A DNA stretch of 64,000 bases, from positions 5,120,001-5,184,000 of the forward strand of contig OY843751.1 of NCBI GenBank assembly GCA_963693055.1, given 5' to 3'. Below are positions 41,437-51,315 of the stretch, in pieces. The DNA comes from a bacterium (GTDB taxonomy: Bacteria; Zhuqueibacterota; Zhuqueibacteria; Residuimicrobiales; Krinioviventaceae). The first letter of the stretch is position 1, and the number at the start of each line of letters is the position of its first letter. The notes beneath the pieces were generated by a model. It was given only the letters and a program-made list of their open reading frames with translations. It made no database searches and had not been told where the DNA came from. A program made the position numbers and the translations under genes.

Positions 41437-42189
41437 ATGTTGTTAGAGCTATTGTGGGTACGGACAATTTATACACTGGTACTCATCAATGTAGTCTATA
41501 TGGGATACGCCCTTTACACAAAAAAGATTGAAAAGCGTAAACCTCTTGAATACTCGCTAAAACACTGCAAAAAAGAACTATTGCAAGGCCTGGGTTTGGG
41601 AGCAGGTTTAATAACGCTTCAGGTTGTGTTCTTGTGGATTATTGATGTGTATCAATTGCAAGGGATGGCCTTTTCTATAGGTATCATTAGATTTCTCCTG
41701 CTAAATCTTTTCATAGGTTTTTTTGAAGAACTGGTAAGCAGAGGTATTCTCTTCCGTATATTAGAAGAAGGATTAGGCAGTTGGATTGCTATCCTTATCT
41801 CTTCGCTGGAAGTGGGACTAACGCATTTAGCGAATAGCGGCTCATCTGCCCTCAGTACTTTTGCAGTAGGTATAGAGTTTGGTCTGATGCTCACGTTGTT
41901 CTATATGATAACCCGCAGGTTATGGGTTATTACAGGCTTTCACTTTGCATGGAATTTTACCATGGGAGGTATTTTTGGCATTAATGTATCTGGACTGGAA
42001 TTGTCCGGATTATTGCAAGCCAATCTGGTGGGACCGGCTATCCTGACAGGCGGACAATGGGGAATTGAAGCGGGTTTACCGGCTATCTTGATTTGTTCAG
42101 GAATATCTATTTATCTGCTGATAAGAATAATTCGCGAGAAAAAGACTGTGCAACCTATATGGAAACAGGGCAAATCACAAATGATCTGA
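41437..42189 (+). CDS. CPBP (CAAX/Abi) intramembrane protease, possibly 5'-truncated by IS5
   Basis: EELVSRG, HLAN and HFAWN motifs. Confidence 0.85.
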   Translation: MLLELLWVRTIYTLVLINVVYMGYALYTKKIEKRKPLEYSLKHCKKELLQGLGLGAGLITLQVVFLWIIDVYQLQGMAFSIGIIRFLLLNLFIGFFEELVSRGILFRILEEGLGSWIAILISSLEVGLTHLANSGSSALSTFAVGIEFGLMLTLFYMITRRLWVITGFHFAWNFTMGGIFGINVSGLELSGLLQANLVGPAILTGGQWGIEAGLPAILICSGISIYLLIRIIREKKTVQPIWKQGKSQMI

Positions 42190-43584
42190 CTTTTTATTAT
42201 CTTCAAGTTTGGTCATGGTAATGCCCGTATATCCATAAAAAATAGAGATCAACGGGTTGATGATGTTCAAAAATGCAAATGGCAAATATGCCAGTGGATA
42301 GACTCCCAGGGTGGCCCACATATAGGCGCCTCCGGTGTTCCACGGAATCAGCGATGAACTGAGGGTGCCGCCATCTTCCAGGCAACGAGATAAATTTTTG
42401 GGATCAAGACCCGCTTTTGCAAAAGCATCTTTGTACATCCGCCCCGGTACGATAATAGACAGATACTGGTCCGGTGCTATGGTATTCATACACATACAGG
42501 TAAGTACGGTTGAAGTTACAAGTCCGCCAACAGATCGGGCCAGTTTCAGTATCGCACCGGCTATAACTTCCAGCATACCGGTCTTTTCCATCACACCGCC
42601 AAACGACAGCGCGCACAAAATCAATGCTACGGTTGTCAACATACTCTCCATTCCGCCACGGCTGAGCAGTGTATCAACCGCCTCGAGCCCAATCTGCGAC
42701 ACATACCCATTTTGCGCCGCGTTCATGATCTCACTGACCGGAGTTTGCTGAAAAACAAATGCGGCAATCCCGCCCAAAACAGCGCCCCCTAACAGAGACG
42801 GTAAAGCCGGGAGTTTAAAAACAACCATCAAGATAACCAAAAGCGGCGCTACAAGCAGTATGGGGGATAAATTAAACGTGGTCTGTAACGAATCAAGAAT
42901 CTGATTAATATTTTGCATTTGCACTGCATTGCTGCCATATTTAAACCCCAATAACAAATATAAAACCAGGGCAATAACATAACTTGGCCCTGTTGTATAC
43001 AACATGTGCCGAATATGACTGAATATTTCGGAACCGGCAACAGCAGGTGCCAGATTTGTTGTATCGGAAAGTGGTGACATCTTGTCGCCAAAATACGAGC
43101 CTGAAATGATAGCACCGGCAACCATAGGCAGCGGCACTCCAAGCCCCTGGCCAATCCCAATTAATGCAATACCAACCGTACCTGCGGTTGACCAAGAACT
43201 TCCGGTAGCCAGCGAAACCAGGGAACAAATCACACAGGTTGCAGCCAGAAAAACCGATGGGGATATGATCTTTAATCCAAAATAGATCATTGTAGGTACA
43301 ATTCCACTGATTATCCAAGTGCCAATAAGCAATCCAATAACCAATAAAATCAAGCACGCCTGTAAAGCGATCTCTATTCCCTCAACAATACCCCGCTCTA
43401 TAGTTTTCCAGGTATACCCCAGATACATACCCACCAATGACGCGGCAACAGTTCCAAAAATCAACGGGATATGCGGACTGCCATCAAATAACAGTACATT
43501 GATTCCCAAGAACATAACCAGGAACACAACGGGAATCAATGCCTGAAACAGTGTGGCTTGTTTTTTCTCATTTATTTTTCTCAT
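42175..43584 (-). CDS. nhaC: Na+/H+ antiporter NhaC
   Basis: GSSWSTAGT, FGDKMSPLSDTTN, LEDGGT, LIPWN. Confidence 0.93.
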   Translation of the reverse strand: MRKINEKKQATLFQALIPVVFLVMFLGINVLLFDGSPHIPLIFGTVAASLVGMYLGYTWKTIERGIVEGIEIALQACLILLVIGLLIGTWIISGIVPTMIYFGLKIISPSVFLAATCVICSLVSLATGSSWSTAGTVGIALIGIGQGLGVPLPMVAGAIISGSYFGDKMSPLSDTTNLAPAVAGSEIFSHIRHMLYTTGPSYVIALVLYLLLGFKYGSNAVQMQNINQILDSLQTTFNLSPILLVAPLLVILMVVFKLPALPSLLGGAVLGGIAAFVFQQTPVSEIMNAAQNGYVSQIGLEAVDTLLSRGGMESMLTTVALILCALSFGGVMEKTGMLEVIAGAILKLARSVGGLVTSTVLTCMCMNTIAPDQYLSIIVPGRMYKDAFAKAGLDPKNLSRCLEDGGTLSSSLIPWNTGGAYMWATLGVYPLAYLPFAFLNIINPLISIFYGYTGITMTKLEDNKKSDHL

Positions 43585-43816
43585 AATTATATAAACATAA
43601 CAATCTATTTATTCAAAGGCAACAAACAGTTAGTTAAAATGAAATAATTTAACAAATGCACAAAACTTTTTAACAATTTGAACGTTATTAATATAGATCA
43701 AAAACCAACAATGCTTGTTTGTTATTTTTCAAATTTATACATTCAAATAATTCTCTAAAAAAAAGCAACTCATAGAACTGTTCAATAATGTAAAACATAC
43801 ATATCAAGGGTAGAAT

Positions 43817-44665
43817 ATGAAAGTCCTTTTTGTATCGTTCTTATTGCTCTTCTCCGTAACAGCTTTTTCACAATCAGCACCTGAACCGGTTCAATTTTCT
43901 CCCATATCTGAAAATCTCTTTCTTGTCAAAGGTGGTCGTGGCGCCAATGGTGGTGTTTATATTGGTCAAAATGCGGTTTTGCTGATTGATGCAAAAATGA
44001 CTAAAGAGCATGTTGACGAAACACTAACAGCAATCAAAAAACTGACAGATAAACCTGTAAGGTATCTCATCAACACACACAGCGATGGAGATCATGTAAA
44101 TGGTAACCGTTACGTATCCCCTTCTGTCACCATCATCGCTCATGAAAACTGTCGTAATGATTTTTTTCGGTCTGACAGAAACGGGAATCCATCGGAATGG
44201 GACTCTTCTGGACTCTGTCCATTCATCCCCGCAGTTACATTTCAAGATAAATTAAATATCTATGTCGGACCCAAAGCCATAGAATTGTATTATTTTGGTG
44301 TGGGGCATACTACGGGAGATATTGTAGTGTATTTCCCGGAAGCTAAAATTGCATTCATTGGCGATCAGGTATTTGCAGACAGACCCCAATTGATCCATTC
44401 TCACAAAAACGGAAATTCATTCGAGCACGTTAGAACATTGCAAAACATGCTAAACACACTTGACGCTGAACAATTTTATTCAGGGCACAGTGATGTACTC
44501 TACCGAAAAGACATTGAAAATCACATATCGACAATGAAACAAAAGCAATCATCAATTAAAAATATGATAAATGAACAAAAATCTCTCTCTGAAATAAAAA
44601 ACGAATTTGATTTAAAGGAGGAGCGATTAGTAGAATCAATATTTAATGAAATACATAAAATGTAA
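43817..44665 (+). CDS. Metallo-beta-lactamase fold hydrolase (secreted)
   Basis: THSDGDH, GHT, GD, GH motifs. Confidence 0.9.
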   Translation: MKVLFVSFLLLFSVTAFSQSAPEPVQFSPISENLFLVKGGRGANGGVYIGQNAVLLIDAKMTKEHVDETLTAIKKLTDKPVRYLINTHSDGDHVNGNRYVSPSVTIIAHENCRNDFFRSDRNGNPSEWDSSGLCPFIPAVTFQDKLNIYVGPKAIELYYFGVGHTTGDIVVYFPEAKIAFIGDQVFADRPQLIHSHKNGNSFEHVRTLQNMLNTLDAEQFYSGHSDVLYRKDIENHISTMKQKQSSIKNMINEQKSLSEIKNEFDLKEERLVESIFNEIHKM

Positions 44666-44689
44666 TATCATATCATTTTTGGAGGAAAC

Positions 44690-46231
44690 ATGGGAAATCA
44701 ATCAGAAAAAAATGGATTGAACCGCAGGGATTTTATCAAATCGACTGCAGTAACAGGTGCCGCAGTAATGGCAGCCAACAGTTACCCTACTGCCATTAAA
44801 GCTCAAGACCGAAAAAAACGATTTGCACATGTGGGTGTTGGTGCCAGATCTTATATGTATCGCCGCGCTATTTTTGATACATATAAAGATCATTGTGAAT
44901 ATGTTGGTTTTTGTGATACCAATGAAGGTCGTTTGAAAATGGCACAGGCCCAGGCCAAAGAAGCAACAGGACTGGATGTACCCATTTTTGCAGCAGACGA
45001 CTTTGATGAAATGGTAGAAAAAACCAAACCTGACGTAATCATTGTTACTACAGTTGATGGTTTTCATCACAAGTATGTCATCAGAGGTATGGAACTGGGT
45101 TGCGATGTAATTACCGAAAAACCCATGACCATTGACGCTGAAAAATGCCAAAAAATCATCGATACCCAAAAAAGTACCGGCAAAAATTGTAAAGTAACTT
45201 TTAACTATCGCTATTCTCCCCCCAGATCTCAAGTTAAAGATATTTTAATGAGTGGTGAAATTGGTGACATTCTGTCTGTCGATTTCCATTGGCTGCTCAA
45301 TACCCAACATGGCGCGGATTATTTCCGTCGCTGGCACAGCCAAAAAAAGTTCTCGGGTGGTTTAATGGTGCATAAAGCAACACACCATTTTGATCTGGTA
45401 AACTGGTGGTTATCCGCAATACCGGTATCTGTTATGGCAAAAGGGAAAAGAGAATATTACACTCCTGAAATGGCCAAACGCATTGGTTTAAACAGCCATC
45501 ATGAACGTTGCCATACCTGTCCCGAAAAAGACAAATGTACCTTTGCAATGGATCTCGAAAACAGCTGGGGATTAAAAGAACTCTATCTGGAAAATGAAAA
45601 ATACGATGGTTATTACCGTGACCGCTGCGTTTTCCGTCCAGATATCGATATTGAAGATTCCATGACATTGGCTGTTGAATACGACAACAAGGTACAAATG
45701 TCATATTCATTGAATGCGTTCAATGCCTGGGAAGGTTACATGGTCAACTTTAACGGTACCAAAGGTCGTCTGGAACACCAGATTGTGGAACAGATCTATG
45801 TTAGCGGTACCAATACCGTTCAGGGTGGTATTGAAGGTGCAACCACACGGGTTATTCCCTTACGCGGCGCACCCAAAGATTACGAACCTTGGTCTGGCGA
45901 AGGAGGCCATGGCGGTGGCGATCAGGTTATGCTTGACGATATCTTTTTACCGGAAAAGAAAAAAGATAAATATCAACGCGCGGCAGACCAACGCTCGGGA
46001 GCGTACTCTATCCTTACAGGTGTTGCTGCAAACATCTGTTTTAAAACCAAACAAGATGTAGTGATTGCTGATCTGGTTAAGGGAATTGGCTATCCCGATT
46101 ATCCGGCAATGCCAACCAAAACAGAATCTCTGCCCATGCCGAAAAAAATTGAACGAAGACGTCCACCACGCCGCAGACCTGGCGAACAAGGTGGTCCTGG
46201 ATCTCAAAAGCAGGAAGAGAAAAAAGGTTAA
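44690..46231 (+). CDS. Gfo/Idh/MocA oxidoreductase (Tat-exported)
   Basis: NRRDFIK Tat signal, GVGAR, TEKPM, HKATHHFD, HGGGD. Confidence 0.92.
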   Translation: MGNQSEKNGLNRRDFIKSTAVTGAAVMAANSYPTAIKAQDRKKRFAHVGVGARSYMYRRAIFDTYKDHCEYVGFCDTNEGRLKMAQAQAKEATGLDVPIFAADDFDEMVEKTKPDVIIVTTVDGFHHKYVIRGMELGCDVITEKPMTIDAEKCQKIIDTQKSTGKNCKVTFNYRYSPPRSQVKDILMSGEIGDILSVDFHWLLNTQHGADYFRRWHSQKKFSGGLMVHKATHHFDLVNWWLSAIPVSVMAKGKREYYTPEMAKRIGLNSHHERCHTCPEKDKCTFAMDLENSWGLKELYLENEKYDGYYRDRCVFRPDIDIEDSMTLAVEYDNKVQMSYSLNAFNAWEGYMVNFNGTKGRLEHQIVEQIYVSGTNTVQGGIEGATTRVIPLRGAPKDYEPWSGEGGHGGGDQVMLDDIFLPEKKKDKYQRAADQRSGAYSILTGVAANICFKTKQDVVIADLVKGIGYPDYPAMPTKTESLPMPKKIERRRPPRRRPGEQGGPGSQKQEEKKG

Positions 46232-46243
46232 ACTTGACAAATT

Positions 46244-46276
46244 AAAAAAGGTCTCTTATATTAAGAGACCTTTTTT
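46244..46276. terminator. Terminator hairpin
   Basis: aaaaaaggtctctta/taagagacctttttt. Confidence 0.8.
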
Positions 46277-46302
46277 ATTCATATGAATGGGGAGTTGTTA
46301 TC

Positions 46303-47226
46303 ATGACCAGATTCAACACCATTACCTTTTCTTTGTTTATTATTCTTTTAAATGTTTGTGTTTCTTTTGGCGCGTCTGATTCCAAATCCGGCACATTACG
46401 AATTGCGGCCTGTCAATTTCCGGTTTCAGGAGACATTGTAGAAAACTCGAAATGGATCCAAAAGCAAATGCATAAAGCAGCAAAGCAAGGCGCAGAACTG
46501 GTACAGTTTCCGGAATGCGCTTTATCCGGCTATGGCGGTGCGGATATTGAAACGCTTCAGGTATTGAACTGGACGCTTCTCCATCAGGAAACAACAAATA
46601 TCATAAAACTGGCTGACGAGTTAAACATTTGGGTCCTTCTGGGTAGCACGCATAAGCTTTCGGATGGCAATAAACCCCACAACAGCTTGTATCTCATCTC
46701 ACCCGAGGGTAAAATTACAGATCGTTACGACAAACGCTTTTGCACCACGGGCGATTTGGACCACTATACACCCGGTGATCATTTTGTTACCTTTGATATC
46801 AATGGAGTCAAATGCGGTCTCTTGATCTGTTACGACATCCGCTTCCCCGAGCTTTATCGGCAATACTCCAGGCTGGGCGTACGTGTCATGTTTCACTCGT
46901 TCTATAATGCGCGGCACAAAAAGGACTGCATCCATCCCAAAATCATGCCCGTTACGGCCCAGGCACGTGCCGGTACCAATGCCATGTATGTCTCGCTCAC
47001 CAACTCGAGCGCCAAACACAGTTGGCCATGCTATTTTATTACACCGGATGGACTCGTAGAGTCCAAGCTCAAACGCAACAAAGCTGGCGTACTGGTATCC
47101 GACATTGATATCAATCAAAAATTTTACGATCCCAGCAAGCCCTTTCGCGCAGATGCCATAGACGGCAAACTCAACAGCGGTGAAACAGTAGATGATCCCA
47201 AATCTAAAGACCGTACAGGGTATTAA
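46303..47226 (+). CDS. Carbon-nitrogen hydrolase (nitrilase superfamily)
   Basis: FPE, YDK, ICYD catalytic triad; signal peptide. Confidence 0.92.
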   Translation: MTRFNTITFSLFIILLNVCVSFGASDSKSGTLRIAACQFPVSGDIVENSKWIQKQMHKAAKQGAELVQFPECALSGYGGADIETLQVLNWTLLHQETTNIIKLADELNIWVLLGSTHKLSDGNKPHNSLYLISPEGKITDRYDKRFCTTGDLDHYTPGDHFVTFDINGVKCGLLICYDIRFPELYRQYSRLGVRVMFHSFYNARHKKDCIHPKIMPVTAQARAGTNAMYVSLTNSSAKHSWPCYFITPDGLVESKLKRNKAGVLVSDIDINQKFYDPSKPFRADAIDGKLNSGETVDDPKSKDRTGY

Positions 47227-47425
47227 CGATTGATAAATTAAACCGCTTTCAAAAGACAATTCTGTAAAGGGGGTTAAACAATTCGACAGTCCGGGTTTTA
47301 TTGAATTTTAAAAAAGTGGCCATTTAAAATAACCAGATACATACAAAAATTTCTTGCATATTTTGATGGAAATGTGTAATTAAATAAACGGGTAATTACA
47401 ACCTCATTATTAAATTAAATAGAAT

Positions 47426-47701
47426 ATGAAAAACGATCATTATGAAACACCTGTAATAGGTAAAGTAATGGTACCCTGTCGGTTTTGCGGTGGAGCGGGG
47501 CTTTTATCACGCAAGAAACATCGTGATGACCGTTATTGTCCAGCTTGTGGCGGAGCTGGTTCGGTTCCGGTATATCCGGACAAGCATGGTGACGGCTGTG
47601 AATGTGCGGCCTGTAATGGTACCGGAAGCGAAAAGATAAACTGGCGCCGCAAGTGCAGATGTAGTGTATGTAACGGTACCGGCTGGGCGGGGTGTGATTG
47701 A
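47426..47701 (+). CDS. Stand-alone DnaJ-type zinc-finger protein
   Basis: Four CxxCxGxG motifs. Confidence 0.75.
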   Translation: MKNDHYETPVIGKVMVPCRFCGGAGLLSRKKHRDDRYCPACGGAGSVPVYPDKHGDGCECAACNGTGSEKINWRRKCRCSVCNGTGWAGCD

Positions 47702-47781
47702 TTCACTCGATCATTTATTTGTAATACTTTATTAAATAGGGAAAACCACCTCACAATACTTTTAAACATACAGGTAATATT

Positions 47782-48333
47782 ATGCTTCAACTGAAACCTT
47801 GCAGTATATTTCTACTCTTTCTATTGGTATTCAATGCTGCAGAATTGCGTTCTCAAACCAGATTCAATCCTGTTCTCCCCCCTGTGGAATTCACTGCATA
47901 TCAAAACAATGAAACATCGGCACCTTTGATGTCAAAATCAAATCATTATCAATCCCAACCGGCCGCATGGGTTGCCGCGCAGCAATTGGTGATAGGGCCT
48001 ATTGAAGGCTCGGTAATTGGGATTTTGAGCGGCTTGGGTACCATGTGCCTGTTTGCAGATTTTGAAAATTCGGACAAACATAAAATGTCCATAGGAACAG
48101 GATACGCCATAGGTGCATCAATTGGCTATGTTCTGGGTAACGGCTATGCCATACACAAAGCTGGAGAAAATCGAGGTATACAAGGCTCCCGCACAGCAAC
48201 GATAGTCGGCAGTATACTCGGTACGTTAGCGGGTGCTTATATTTACGACAGAACCAAAATGGGATGGGGTGTTTTGGCCGGTGCGCCGGTTCTGGCAACG
48301 TTATCCTTTCATATTTCAAGCAAGAGGTACTAA
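47782..48333 (+). CDS. Secreted Gly-zipper membrane protein
   Basis: Signal peptide and GxxxG helices. Confidence 0.65.
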   Translation: MLQLKPCSIFLLFLLVFNAAELRSQTRFNPVLPPVEFTAYQNNETSAPLMSKSNHYQSQPAAWVAAQQLVIGPIEGSVIGILSGLGTMCLFADFENSDKHKMSIGTGYAIGASIGYVLGNGYAIHKAGENRGIQGSRTATIVGSILGTLAGAYIYDRTKMGWGVLAGAPVLATLSFHISSKRY

Positions 48334-48335
48334 TA

Positions 48336-48878
48336 ATGAGGCACAATTTATGGATTCTTTGTATTCTCTTGATTTCAGCATCCCTTTGGGGACAAAACGA
48401 TCAAAAAAATGAATATGTTGTACATCGTCACTGGCTCAGTCTGAATGTGGGTGCCATACGCAACCAGGACACAGAAAACGGTTGGGTCTCTAATTTGGTG
48501 CAATATGCCTATACCTGGGACAGGGACTATCTCAGCATCTGCTATAGTAATTCCATTGATGTTCTTGAATTTGACAGCAGTGACGAACACGAGTATATAA
48601 AAAACATCAGCATCCTATTTGGGAAACAGTATATAAAAGGACATTTGGGAGCAGCCGTATCCTTGGGAGGGGGATATTCATGGGGCGCAGAGACCGAATG
48701 GATACATGCAAAAGAAAGGTTTGACTTTTACCCTTTTCAGGGAATTTCCGGAGCTATTCAAGGGCAAATCTTTTTGGGTAACGAGAACTGGCGATTAAAT
48801 TTATTAGCATTCGGCAATATCAATGACAAATGGACTGTTCCCGGTGCTGTTTTCGGATTGATGTATTTTATTCATTAA
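48336..48878 (+). CDS. Putative small outer-membrane beta-barrel protein
   Basis: Signal peptide from ATG 48336; alternating beta pattern; aromatic C-terminus. Confidence 0.55.
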   Translation: MRHNLWILCILLISASLWGQNDQKNEYVVHRHWLSLNVGAIRNQDTENGWVSNLVQYAYTWDRDYLSICYSNSIDVLEFDSSDEHEYIKNISILFGKQYIKGHLGAAVSLGGGYSWGAETEWIHAKERFDFYPFQGISGAIQGQIFLGNENWRLNLLAFGNINDKWTVPGAVFGLMYFIH

Positions 48879-48939
48879 CATCAAATTGCTGATATACTTG
48901 GAATTTCGAAAAACTGTCTAACAACTAATTGGGGGGGGG

Positions 48940-50406
48940 TTATTCAACAACCTTGATTGATTTCACATCCAATCCTTCATCAAATATGGCTTTGCGCACC
49001 AAAAACCGAAAAGCCCCGTGCTCATCAACAGGAACCGGTTTCATATCTTTACTAAATCCACTTGCATATTTGGCAATGAGATTGTTTGTAAACAAGTTGT
49101 AAACAGATATCTCGCTCTCAGAAACGCGTATTGCGTATTTTTCAGAGTTGTAAGCTCGATTCGGGAACATCTCTTTGAATAACTTGCTGTCATAATCCGG
49201 GTAGCGAATTTGAGAATTAACAAACAGGTCCTTTTGCGTTACAAACAAATACCAATCCCGGTTCTGTGCAACTGTATATTCATCACTCGTGATAAAGCCG
49301 ATCATATTTTCAGTATTTCCGGTAGCGGGTAAAACATCTTTATCCCCAAACTTTGCTAAATATTGCTGCCATAATGCATCAGCAGGTAAATCCGCTGAAT
49401 TTATAGAATTTTTCTCAACACTCTCAATACTGCCGCTGTATTTCTCGTACAATTGCTCATACGCATCAAATCCCAGAGTATCGATCAAAAATCGGGTATA
49501 CAATCCTGAAGCAGGATAACTCATGGAAGCATCCATACTGTAGAATCCATTTCTGCTCAACAGAGTTTTATAATCCAAAAATCCGCTGTTCATTACAAAA
49601 TGTCCCAAATTCAGTATCACCCCCGGTTCTTTGCCGCCACGACCACCTAACGCAACAGCTAGCCCCTCTTGCAAAAACGGCTGGGTATACAAAGGCAGCT
49701 CGCCCAGTCGATAATTGATCAGTAAATGGATCAACTCGTGATAATGACAATTAAAAGTCGATATCACATAATCATAAGGAATGTAAAACTGGCCGCGAGA
49801 CACATAACCGGTCAATTGTTCTATCTTTTTATCGTCTTTACACAAAAAATAGTGGATTTTTTTACGCTGTAAACGTTCAATATCAGATTCCGAGAAAACC
49901 ATCAGATCTGCAATCTGTCTGACAAACGCATCTAATCTCTCAGCGGCATAAGTATTGTACAAGCAAGCATCGCTGACATGGAACACAAAAAATTTGGACT
50001 CGAACTGTTCCCAGTCTTTTGCATAATACGCGGGACGAGAGATCAGTAACGAATACTGAAAATAAAACCGCAATTGCTGCTGTTGTGGCAAATCCAATAA
50101 AAGACAATCAAAGCCATTACCAAGCGTTTCAATAGAGCATGTATATGGAATTTCTCCCGCAAGCATTTGTTGTTTTACATCATCATTTAGATCATTAGAG
50201 ATCATGAATTTGTGCTGTACACCTTTATACATTGTTCCCAACCGACCAGACAAAGCCAACTCTTGCGGCTGCACAAAATTCGTCAATTGGTCAGAATTCT
50301 GCAGCCAGGCAGTAAAAAACGGGCGATACCCACCAGGGACTGAATCATTTTGGGGAAAAGAACAGAGTGGCAACAAACACAGGATAATAATTTTAAAAAC
50401 ACGCAA
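48940..50406 (-). CDS. Secreted protein with gluzincin-like HExxH...EG motif
   Basis: HELIH...LQEGLAV. Confidence 0.6.
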   Translation of the reverse strand: MRVFKIIILCLLPLCSFPQNDSVPGGYRPFFTAWLQNSDQLTNFVQPQELALSGRLGTMYKGVQHKFMISNDLNDDVKQQMLAGEIPYTCSIETLGNGFDCLLLDLPQQQQLRFYFQYSLLISRPAYYAKDWEQFESKFFVFHVSDACLYNTYAAERLDAFVRQIADLMVFSESDIERLQRKKIHYFLCKDDKKIEQLTGYVSRGQFYIPYDYVISTFNCHYHELIHLLINYRLGELPLYTQPFLQEGLAVALGGRGGKEPGVILNLGHFVMNSGFLDYKTLLSRNGFYSMDASMSYPASGLYTRFLIDTLGFDAYEQLYEKYSGSIESVEKNSINSADLPADALWQQYLAKFGDKDVLPATGNTENMIGFITSDEYTVAQNRDWYLFVTQKDLFVNSQIRYPDYDSKLFKEMFPNRAYNSEKYAIRVSESEISVYNLFTNNLIAKYASGFSKDMKPVPVDEHGAFRFLVRKAIFDEGLDVKSIKVVE

Positions 50407-50423
50407 TACCTGCCCCCTTGAAT

Positions 50424-51134
50424 TTACAACGAGTCATTTTCAACCGGATAAATGTCGTCATCCGTAAAGGGTTTATAATCAAATCCCACAAAAAATAACA
50501 GGTATTCACCCGGCTCTTTATGTTCATAATGATATGCTTTTAACATTTTACCCTGGTCTTTATTAAACAGTTCCAATTTTTCTTCCAATGTTAGCATTCG
50601 CAATACCTGCCGTAAAGAATCCGGATAGACATTGTTTCTTTCATGATACAATTCAATGTTTTTGTCCAGAATTGCCAGATCGTTTTCAATATGTGGAATT
50701 TGCCAGTCATTCGATCCCAACCCCTGGAACCCATGGTTACCAATAATAATCAATGCAATAATAGCAGGAATCACCATACTCAACATAGTACCGCTAAATG
50801 CTATTAATAATACAATTAATCCTCGGTGCTTGATTTTGATCAATCCCCAAACCAGCGATATCATTGCCGGTATCAAACCAATCAAGGGTATAATTGAAAG
50901 AGAAGCAAAAAAGAACGACCACCCACCCACATCTTTATTCTGCGCTATGGCATCTACTTCCGTTTTCCATTCCTGGTACCGTTCGTCTTTCGCCTCATCA
51001 TGTTCGTAATATTTCCAAATACATTTTTTCAAAAAACGTTTGGGGTTTAGCCGCACATTTTCATGGATCACTGAACAGGCACCGGTTTCCGGTGCATAAT
51101 TCACACAACTCATACATGGATATGTTTGATGCAT
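50424..51134 (-). CDS. Membrane protein with N-terminal Cys cluster and GspG-like C-terminus
   Basis: Two TM helices; IELYH...YPDSL...VGFDYKPFTDDDI. Confidence 0.55.
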   Translation of the reverse strand: MHQTYPCMSCVNYAPETGACSVIHENVRLNPKRFLKKCIWKYYEHDEAKDERYQEWKTEVDAIAQNKDVGGWSFFFASLSIIPLIGLIPAMISLVWGLIKIKHRGLIVLLIAFSGTMLSMVIPAIIALIIIGNHGFQGLGSNDWQIPHIENDLAILDKNIELYHERNNVYPDSLRQVLRMLTLEEKLELFNKDQGKMLKAYHYEHKEPGEYLLFFVGFDYKPFTDDDIYPVENDSL

Positions 51135-51315
51135 AGGATGATCCCCCCCCTTCAGACATGGTATTACCCTTTAATCCGGATAAACAATAATATTGCTCTT
51201 AAAAATACCTGATTACTTTATAACAATCAACATATTTATTTACCGGAGGACCTGTATACAAGGTGCAGATATCGCCCTCTATTGAAGAATATCCACACCC
51301 TGTTTAATCATAACA

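Noticed and set aside
48931-48939. G9 tract (and C8 near 51143) as phase-variation switches
   Set aside because: Both are intergenic with no frame effect, and variability cannot be seen from one sequence.
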